In this document: positions 56,895-64,000 of the stretch, piece after piece
Layout: the number at the start of each line of letters is the position of its first letter
Numbering within the stretch: position 1 is the first letter of the stretch
NCBI GenBank assembly: GCA_038231275.1
Contig: JBBRLQ010000003.1
Span: forward strand, 484,800 to 548,799
Direction: 5' to 3'
DNA length: 64,000 bases
Origin: Polyangiales bacterium
Lineage (GTDB): Bacteria > Myxococcota_A > Polyangia > Polyangiales > Polyangiaceae
The notes under the pieces: model-generated
Told to the model about the DNA's origin: nothing
The model's input: the letters and a program-made list of their open reading frames with translations, nothing else
Databases searched by the model: none
Translations under genes and position numbers: made by a program

Positions 56895-58190
56895 ATGCGT
56901 CCCCTCCGCCTCTTCGCGTTCGCGGCCCCTTCCGTGCTCGCCACCTTGCTGGCGCCCGCGTGCGTGAGCAGCGACCCGTCGCCGAGCCCTGGGTCGTTCG
57001 ACGCCGCGAGCCCCGGCTTCGACGCGCCGAGCTCGAGCCCGGACGTCGCGACCCCCGACGTCGCGAGCCCGACCCCCGACGCGGCGCCGAGCGACGCGAG
57101 CGCCGACGCCGCGGTCGACACGGGCACCCTCGACGCGGGGGCCGACGGCGCCGCGGGCAACGGCCCGTACCTCTACTTCGCGGACAACGCCGGCAACGCG
57201 CTCAACGGCTTCGCGCTCGCCTCCGCGACAGGCGCGCTCACGGGTATCGACATGGTCCCGGGCACCGCCGGATTTCAGGCGATGTCGACCGCGACTCAGC
57301 CCCTCGCCGTCGCCGCGCACCCGAGCGGAAGGTACGTCTTCACCGCGCACACCAACGGAAACATCGGGACGTACGCGATCTCCGCGGCGAACGGCACGCT
57401 GGTGCGCGTGGACACCGACGCCGCCACCGGCGGAATCCAGGACTTCAACGTCGGCGGCGGCGCGGCGCTCGAGGGCATCGCGGCCGACCCGCTCGGGCGC
57501 GTGCTCTATGCGGCCGACACCAACAACAACAAGCTCATCACGCTCTCTGTCGAGGCGACGACCGGCGCGCTCGCGGTGCTCCAACGCACGACCGTCGCGG
57601 CGACGAACCCTCGCGGCGTCGTCGTCGATCCGCTGGCGAAGTTCGTCTTCGTCGTGGGCAACCTCACGCCAGCCACCCTCACGCGCGTTGCGCTCGACAA
57701 CGGCGGGCTCCCGACGGCCACCGCGGACGTCGCGCTCCCCAACAGCGGCAACTGCGCGTCCGGCGCCCTCAGCCCCGCCGGCCGCCTCTACGCTGCGTGC
57801 TCGCAGGACCAGAAGGTTTACGCCGCCACGTACAACGCCGGAGCGAACACGCTCGTAGCGTCGGTCGGCGCGGCGGCCGGCGTCTCGCCGATCGGCGTCG
57901 CCGTGCACCCGAACGGCAATTTCGCGTACGCGGCGAGCTTCAGCGCCATGACGATCACGACGTTCGCCCTCGCCGCGGACGGGGCGCCCACGGTGCTCGG
58001 CACGCCGCTCGCCATCGGACAGTCGTGCCGAACGCTGGGCTTCGACGCCACGGGCGCGCATTTGTTTGCAGGATGCAACACCAAGATGCTGACCTTCGAC
58101 GTCAACGCCACGACGGGCGCGCTCACCGCGAGCAGCAACGTCGCCGGCGTCGGCGACTCGACGTACTCCCTCGCGATCGTGAACCCCTGA
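56895..58190 (+). CDS. Lactonase-like 7-bladed beta-propeller lipoprotein
   Basis: Lipobox APAC; repeats HPSGRYVF, DPLGRVLY, DPLAKFVF, HPNGNFAY; TGAL turns. Confidence 0.8.
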   Translation: MRPLRLFAFAAPSVLATLLAPACVSSDPSPSPGSFDAASPGFDAPSSSPDVATPDVASPTPDAAPSDASADAAVDTGTLDAGADGAAGNGPYLYFADNAGNALNGFALASATGALTGIDMVPGTAGFQAMSTATQPLAVAAHPSGRYVFTAHTNGNIGTYAISAANGTLVRVDTDAATGGIQDFNVGGGAALEGIAADPLGRVLYAADTNNNKLITLSVEATTGALAVLQRTTVAATNPRGVVVDPLAKFVFVVGNLTPATLTRVALDNGGLPTATADVALPNSGNCASGALSPAGRLYAACSQDQKVYAATYNAGANTLVASVGAAAGVSPIGVAVHPNGNFAYAASFSAMTITTFALAADGAPTVLGTPLAIGQSCRTLGFDATGAHLFAGCNTKMLTFDVNATTGALTASSNVAGVGDSTYSLAIVNP

Positions 58191-58229
58191 GACGTTCCCA
58201 CCGGCGCTTGCTGCGGTGGGGAGAGCACC

Positions 58230-58559
58230 TCACTGCGACAGCGCGGCGACAACGACGGTCCCCCCGACCCAAGGAAGCCACGCCAGGTACACCGCGCTCG
58301 TTCGCCGAAGGCGATACCAGAGGAGCAGCGACACGGTCCCGCAGAGCGCCCACGCAACCGCGATTCCCAGCCCCTTGCCCAGATCCAGCACCGCGCGCGC
58401 GATGGCCGCCCCCGTCTCCGGCGCACCGTTCGCGCGCCCGAAGAGCACGCGCCACGCCAGCGCGCCGTAGACGATCGTGTGCACCGCCAGTGGGGTGCTG
58501 TATTCGAACGCGAAGCGTCGGCCCGAAAACGGTACCGGGCTGTCCCCCGCGCTCGGCAT
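58230..58559 (-). CDS. Small membrane protein (possibly partial)
   Basis: Three hydrophobic segments in 109 aa. Confidence 0.45.
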   Translation of the reverse strand: MPSAGDSPVPFSGRRFAFEYSTPLAVHTIVYGALAWRVLFGRANGAPETGAAIARAVLDLGKGLGIAVAWALCGTVSLLLWYRLRRTSAVYLAWLPWVGGTVVVAALSQ

Positions 58560-58878
58560 GCCCCTTCGACGAAGGGGCGAACGAAATATTCACTGACAAC
58601 GGGGACTCTTCACCGCGAGCGAGGGATCGCGTCATCGCCGACGAGTGGCAAGACGCTGCGCCTGAGGAAACGTGTGCGGCCATCGGGTTCATCGGTCGCC
58701 GGGGGGGATGAGGCCCAACGCCTGGAGTCGGCGCTCTCGTTGCTCGGCAGATGGTAGACCATGAGCGGCTTCTTCGGCTGCCCCGCGGCGCGACATCGTG
58801 GTTCGTTGGATTCCGAACCAGCAGGCGAACGATACATGCGCTGGGCTTGCGCACGCTGATCGCCCACAAGCGTTTTTC

Positions 58879-58916
58879 CGGGCGCGCCCAGAATCTCGCC
58901 GAACTCGAGGCGCTAG
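58879..58916 (+). repeat. Direct repeat copy 1 (GRAQNLAELEAL remnant)
   Basis: 34/38 identical to 61752-61789. Confidence 0.8.
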
Positions 58917-59065
58917 AGCGCAACCGCAAGGGCACCCAATTTCTTCAGGACGGCAGCGCGCATGCGCGTGGCGTCCCGAGGCCGACGGCAGAATCTATCG
59001 GGCAGGTAAGCGCGCGTCGCGTTCGTAGCAAGGAACGCAGATTGCTGCGTCTTGGAGAGAAACGA

Positions 59066-60385
59066 ATGACGTCCGCACGCTTCCTTCTTCGCATTCCTTT
59101 GCTGCAGCGTACGGCTTTCGGATTACTCGCCGCCGCAACCGTCGCGGCGTGCAGCGGCTCGAACGGCGCCGACTTCGGCGATGCCGACGCGTCCGGGGTC
59201 GACGCAGCCGTCGAAGCGGGAGGTCCTGCAGAGGACGCGACGGTTCCCCCGCACGACGCGGGCCCCTCCTCCATCGACGCGACCGTCCCCTCCGCCGACG
59301 CGGCGCCGCCGCCCACCGACTCAGGTCACGACGCCGCGCCCGACGCGTCCACGGGAGACGCAGCCGTCGATGCTGCTGACGCCGGCGACGCCGCCGACGC
59401 GAGCGTGATCTGCGACACGCAATCGTGCACCGGCTGCTGCGCGGCGGGGCAATGCGTATCCGGAACGTCGAAGAGCGCGTGCGGCACGGGCGGCCTCGCG
59501 TGCGCGGTCTGCTCGGCGTCTTCGCAGACGTGCACCGCGGGAGCCTGCGCGGGCATCGTGCTCTTCGGCGGCCTGAATAGCACGAGCCTGAGCGACACCT
59601 GGACCTGGAACGGATCGGGGTGGAAGCAGCAAACCGTTACCGGACCTCCCGCGCGGTATGGCGCTTCGATGTCGGCGCTCGGCGGCACTGTGGTCCTCTT
59701 CGGGGGAAACGGCCCGAGCGTCTACGGCGACACCTGGACGTGGGACGGCGCGAGCTGGACGGCGCGGGGCGGTAGCGCACCCTCCGCGCGTTACTTGACC
59801 GCGACGGCCACGCTCGGTGGCAACGTCGTCCTCTTCGGAGGCGCCGGCGCCGGCGGTCCGCTCGGCGACACGTGGACCTGGAACGGAAGCGCGTGGACGA
59901 AGCGGAACGTCCAAGGGCCGAGCGCCCGTTACGGCGCGTCGATGGCCGCGCTCGGCGGATCGCTCGTCCTCTTCGGCGGCCACGACGGAACGCACTACTT
60001 GAACGACACGTGGACATGGGACGGCGCGACGTGGACGGGGCATGGCGTCAATGGGCCCAGTGCCCGAGAAGTCGCCGCGATGGCGACGCTCGGCGGCAAC
60101 GTCGTTCTCTTCGGAGGCGACAACGGAAGCCCCGCCGCGCTCGCCGACACGTGGACATGGAACGGCAGCGTCTGGACGAGCGTGAACGTCAGCGGGCCGA
60201 GCGCGCGCTACGCCGCATCCATGGCGACGCTCGACGGAAGCGTCGTCTTGTTCGGCGGCACCGACGGGAACACCAAGGTGTCGAGTGACACGTGGACGTG
60301 GAACGGCACGGCGTGGACGCTGCGCAGCGGCATCGGCCCCAGTGCGCGGTTCAGCGCGTCCATCGCCTGGATCGGCTCGCCGTAG
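59066..60385 (+). CDS. Kelch-like repeat lipoprotein
   Basis: Lipobox VAAC; DA-rich linker; Cys module; six VLFGG...DTWTW.G..W...PSAR repeats; RBS GGAG. Confidence 0.85.
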   Translation: MTSARFLLRIPLLQRTAFGLLAAATVAACSGSNGADFGDADASGVDAAVEAGGPAEDATVPPHDAGPSSIDATVPSADAAPPPTDSGHDAAPDASTGDAAVDAADAGDAADASVICDTQSCTGCCAAGQCVSGTSKSACGTGGLACAVCSASSQTCTAGACAGIVLFGGLNSTSLSDTWTWNGSGWKQQTVTGPPARYGASMSALGGTVVLFGGNGPSVYGDTWTWDGASWTARGGSAPSARYLTATATLGGNVVLFGGAGAGGPLGDTWTWNGSAWTKRNVQGPSARYGASMAALGGSLVLFGGHDGTHYLNDTWTWDGATWTGHGVNGPSAREVAAMATLGGNVVLFGGDNGSPAALADTWTWNGSVWTSVNVSGPSARYAASMATLDGSVVLFGGTDGNTKVSSDTWTWNGTAWTLRSGIGPSARFSASIAWIGSP

Positions 60386-60595
60386 AATCGCTGACGCCGG
60401 AGCGTGATGAGCACGAGGCGTGCCGTGCACCACCGCAGCACGCAGCGCGGACCGAAGCGGCGGCCCTGTCGCAGCCTGGGATGGAGGATCGCGGGCGGGG
60501 CCAGGCAGCGGGGACGCGCGTCCCGATTTGGCGCGGGGTGAGGTTTTGGGGCGGCTCTTTTCGCGTGGGACCGATCCGTGCAGTGGCGCGCGTCC

Positions 60596-61654
60596 ATGCG
60601 AAGGACCGCTCTTTTACTCCTCCTCCTCTCGTCACTCGCCGCGCTGGTCGGATGCGGAGGCCAGGTGGGATCGGGCGCGGACGACGCCTCCCCGCCGCCC
60701 GCGTCGAGCGTCCCCGCTTCGCCGCGCGACTGCGAGTCTTCGCTTCAGACGCTGCTGGTCGCCGACGGCGCGCGTGGGCTGGCCGCGGCGCCGGACGGTA
60801 CTCTCTATTTCTCGCAATCGGCGCCCGCCGACAAGACCGGAGTCTTCGCGAGGACGCCCGATGGGAGCCGTCTGAAGGAGCTCTCGAGCGACCAAGATGT
60901 GAGGCAGATCCTGCTCGATGGGACCGATCTCCTGCTCGTCTCGCGCGACATCCGCCGGCTGCCGGCCGCCGGTGGCTCGTCGACGCTGGTGGTCGGGCAC
61001 GACGGCTGGGACGTGATCACGATGGCGCGCCTCGACGCCACGCACCTCTTCTTCAGCACCTGGTCGAGCGGCACGAGAGCGCCTTCGTTGAAGCGCGTCC
61101 CGCGCGCGGGCGGGGAGATCGAGACGCTCCTCTCGTTCAGCGCGAGCACCTACACCCTGAACATGAGCTCCTTCGATCTCGGAGACGACCGGATCTTCCT
61201 CCGGGGCGGGGGCGCGATTTACAGCATGCCGAAGTCGGGAGGCACGCCTGTCGTCTTTCACGAGAACGCGTCGGTGTCGCTCCTCGTCACGACGAAGGAC
61301 AGCGTCTTCTCGGATGGACCGTCGTCGCTCTTTCGTAGCGCGTACGATCCCGCCGTCGCCCCCGTACGGGTCGCCCTGCCGGACCCGGGTACGTGGGTCG
61401 ACTACGGCCCGTTGAAAGCAGTGGCGGACGACGTCGCGGCGTACGTCGCCTTCGAGCGTTTCAATACCGCCCCGGGGCGCGTGATGTTCGCGCGCCTCCC
61501 GCGCGAAGGCGAGGCCATCTCCGCGATCGGATGCACGTCGGGAGACGGGGATCCGGAGGGAACGCAGAGCATGGCGCTCGACGGCAGGTACCTCTACGCG
61601 GTGCTGGCCTCGAATCGGGGAACGGGCGCGCGCATCGTGCGCATGCCACGCTGA
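60596..61654 (+). CDS. Hypothetical beta-propeller lipoprotein
   Basis: Lipobox LVGC; repeats RLPAAGG, RVPRAGG, SMPKSGG; ALDGRYLY. Confidence 0.7.
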   Translation: MRRTALLLLLLSSLAALVGCGGQVGSGADDASPPPASSVPASPRDCESSLQTLLVADGARGLAAAPDGTLYFSQSAPADKTGVFARTPDGSRLKELSSDQDVRQILLDGTDLLLVSRDIRRLPAAGGSSTLVVGHDGWDVITMARLDATHLFFSTWSSGTRAPSLKRVPRAGGEIETLLSFSASTYTLNMSSFDLGDDRIFLRGGGAIYSMPKSGGTPVVFHENASVSLLVTTKDSVFSDGPSSLFRSAYDPAVAPVRVALPDPGTWVDYGPLKAVADDVAAYVAFERFNTAPGRVMFARLPREGEAISAIGCTSGDGDPEGTQSMALDGRYLYAVLASNRGTGARIVRMPR

Positions 61655-61751
61655 ACGCCTGCGACGCGCCGCTGCGACATCGAGTCATCCCCCGTGTTCA
61701 CGACACGTCCGTCGGCATCTCCAAGAAGCGCCCGACCCTGGCGCACGGGCA

Positions 61752-61789
61752 CGGGCGCACCCAGGATCTCGCCGACGTCGAGGCGCTAG
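61752..61789 (+). repeat. Direct repeat copy 2 (GRTQDLADVEAL remnant)
   Basis: 34/38 identical to 58879-58916. Confidence 0.8.
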
Positions 61790-61845
61790 TTCGTCCAAGG
61801 TCTTCAGACCATCGCGCTTGCAGGGTGCATGAGGTAAAGACGCGC

Positions 61846-62523
61846 ATGCTCACGGTCCATCACCTCAACAACTCCCGCTCGCAGCGCGTCCTCTGGCTCC
61901 TCGAGGAGCTCGGTGTCCCTTACGAGCTGAAGAAGTACCAGCGCGACGCCACGACAATGCTGGCGCCGCCCGAGCTACGCGCGATTCACCCGCTCGGGAA
62001 GTCCCCGGTGGTGACCGAGGACGGGCGGACGATCGCCGAGTCCGGAGCGATCGTCGAGTACTTGCTGGAGCGTTACGGCGCCGCGAACGGCGGCACGATG
62101 CTCCCCAAGGCCGGCACGCCGGAGCGCCTGCGCCACACCTACTGGCTGCACTACGCCGAGGGCTCGGCAATGCCGCCGCTCCTCTTGAAGCTGATCTTCG
62201 ACAAGGTGAGGACGGCGCCGGTCCCGTTCTTCGTGAAGCCGATCGCGAAGGGCATCGCCGACAAGGTGACGTCGACGTTCATCGGCCCGCAGATCAAGAC
62301 CCACTTCGACTACCTCGAGGCCGAGCTCGGCAAGTCCACGTGGTTCGTCGGCGAGGAGCTCACGGGCGCGGACATCATGATGAGCTTCCCCATCGAGGCC
62401 GCGGCGTCGCGCGGCGGGGTGGACGCGTCGCGCCCAAAGCTGCAGGCGTTCGTCGAGCGCATCCACGCGCGGCCGGCGTACAAGAGGGCGCTCGAGCGCG
62501 GCGGCAAATACGACTACGCCTGA
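61846..62523 (+). CDS. Glutathione S-transferase
   Basis: HHLNNSRSQRVLWLLEELG; HPLGKSPV; AESGAI; LHYAEGS; TGADIMMSF; RBS GAGG. Confidence 0.95.
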   Translation: MLTVHHLNNSRSQRVLWLLEELGVPYELKKYQRDATTMLAPPELRAIHPLGKSPVVTEDGRTIAESGAIVEYLLERYGAANGGTMLPKAGTPERLRHTYWLHYAEGSAMPPLLLKLIFDKVRTAPVPFFVKPIAKGIADKVTSTFIGPQIKTHFDYLEAELGKSTWFVGEELTGADIMMSFPIEAAASRGGVDASRPKLQAFVERIHARPAYKRALERGGKYDYA

Positions 62524-62813
62524 CGAACACGCCCTCGAGGGTCGGCCGTGGCTGCTACGCAGTAAGGCTGGGGATGCGATGGGCGCTCATCTGCGGAACG
62601 ATCGGCGTCGGCGCAGTCGCGCAGCTCGGGCTTGCATGCGGTAGCGCTGGGCGGCAGCCCGCTTCGGACGCGGCCGACGCAACGACTCCACAGGACACCT
62701 GCGCAACGGAGCGGGGGGGTTGCGCTTCATCGGCCGGGCGTCGGACGCGGATCGGCTCGATGCCATGCGGACCTGAAGCGACCGCCCTTCAGAGATCAAC
62801 ATATCCGGCCTCC

Positions 62814-63692
62814 TCAAGGGCATTGCGACGCACACACCTCGCGTCCCGCGGGGTAGGCGCAGCAGGCGGAAAGAGGCCCGACGCACTGCGCGCAAGGGCA
62901 GGTGGTGCAGCCAAACGAACCGCCGTAGGAGACGCACTTGCCGGCCGCGCAGTACTGGTCCGGATTGCACACGACTCCGGAGCTCGCGGCCGTGCAGCCG
63001 CAGTGGTCGAGGCTCGTCGCGGGATCGGCCACGCAGAGTGACCCCGCACACGTCGTCTGCCCGACGGGGCAGCCGCCTACAATGCAACCCCCCTGCCCGG
63101 CGCAGATCTCCGTTCCTGAGCACTGTGTGCCGCAGGTTCCACAGTTTGCCCGGTCCACTCGGGTGTTCTGGCAGCCCAGGCAAGCTACGCCGGCCCCGCC
63201 ACACTTCACGAAGCCCGGCGCGCACGCCGGCATGCCTGCGATGCAGATTTCATTGTGGCAGACTTTCGTCCCGCACTTGCCGCAATTGACGGTGTCGTTC
63301 TGACCGTCGACGCACGTGTCTCCGCAGGTGAGCACGCCCGGTAGCGAGGGATCGCAGACACACGTCCCCGCCTGGCAGATCGCATGCGCACCACACGCTT
63401 TGCCACAGCCACCGCAGTTCGCGCGATCTGTCGCTGGATCAACGCACGCACCTGCGCACGTGATCTGCGGGGCGCCGCAGCCGATGGCGTCGACTGACGT
63501 GTCGTTCGGGTTCGCGTCCAGGGCGGCGTCCGCCGCGAAGGAGCCGTCGGGCTCGGGCGTCGTGCCGTCGGCGCTCGCGTCAGCCGTCCCTTCGGGCGTC
63601 GTGCTTGCGCCAGAGCAGCCTGAGGCAAAGACAAGGGCGCCCACTACCCCCGCCGTGGCAGAGGCGAAGACAAGGCAGCGTTCCACAATCAT
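62814..63692 (-). CDS. Cys-rich repeat lipoprotein (Stig1/MXAN_6577-like repeats)
   Basis: Lipobox ASGC; four C...CVD...D..NCG.CG repeats. Confidence 0.8.
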   Translation of the reverse strand: MIVERCLVFASATAGVVGALVFASGCSGASTTPEGTADASADGTTPEPDGSFAADAALDANPNDTSVDAIGCGAPQITCAGACVDPATDRANCGGCGKACGAHAICQAGTCVCDPSLPGVLTCGDTCVDGQNDTVNCGKCGTKVCHNEICIAGMPACAPGFVKCGGAGVACLGCQNTRVDRANCGTCGTQCSGTEICAGQGGCIVGGCPVGQTTCAGSLCVADPATSLDHCGCTAASSGVVCNPDQYCAAGKCVSYGGSFGCTTCPCAQCVGPLSACCAYPAGREVCASQCP

Positions 63693-63758
63693 GGCAAGAT
63701 GGTGGCAGCTCGTGTTCGTTCTGTCCACGGGAGGTCATGGCGCCTGGCGATCGACTCC

Positions 63759-63840
63759 TCAGCCGCCGCGCCCGTCGAACACGATCCCCAGGCGGGTCAT
63801 CTTTCGCCACAGGGTGGTCGGCGAGATCGCCAGGAGTGCG
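63759..63840 (-). pseudogene. C-terminal Fis-type HTH remnant
   Basis: ALLAISPTTLWRKMTRLGIVFDGRGG*; no matching AAA region seen upstream within the window. Confidence 0.55.
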
Positions 63841-64000
63841 CACGAGCGTGGAGTCCGCGCAAAGGGGGTCGACCGAGCGAGGCCCCCGAACGGCGCTCGG
63901 TCGACCGCGCGGCGGCCTAACGCCGCTGAGCGCGGGGGCCGTGTCGGGCGTCAACGCGCCACGCGACCCTTTGAACGCACCTCTGCGCGCGCGGACGCGA

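Noticed and set aside
59560-60360. Regularly spaced nucleotide repeats (GACACGTGGACGTGG...) that could look like a CRISPR array
   Set aside because: They are in-frame Kelch-like protein repeats with ~130-140 bp period; no cas genes.
62575-62810. Possible small lipoprotein start MRWALICG...LGLACGS
   Set aside because: The frame runs antisense into the Cys-rich gene with no coherent domain; it may be a remnant but cannot be supported.

Overview
Very GC-rich, gene-dense accessory region. Gene content (TIGR02266-type PilZ protein, AgmX/PglI-type C-terminal domain, Myxococcales-type ECF sigma/Ser-Thr kinase pair, many Cys-rich lipoproteins with 'DAG/DAA' linkers) points to a myxobacterium of the Sorangiineae (Labilithrix/Polyangiaceae-like); this is an inference. 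About 55 credible CDS were found. They include two ECF systems, a sigma54-controlled ABC/TolC efflux operon with its two-component system, a ParDE toxin-antitoxin pair, a ClC transporter, TetR and ArsR modules, and many secreted hydrolases and beta-propellers. No rRNA, tRNA, CRISPR array, intact integrase or transposase was recognised. The best candidate for an undescribed system is a translationally coupled three-gene unit at 25454-27226 (-): a DcrB/DUF1795-like adaptor, a signal-peptide-less M35 (aspzincin) protease, and a stand-alone M35 propeptide-like protein encoded downstream. This looks like a split zymogen reused as an effector/immunity pair. Also notable: a possible ExbB-ExbD-TonB-like single-chain fusion (9221-11323), a stand-alone HisKA protein facing an orphan kinase, and three gene blocks bracketed by decayed duplicate gene fragments. 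All family assignments come from motif recognition by eye, not database searches.
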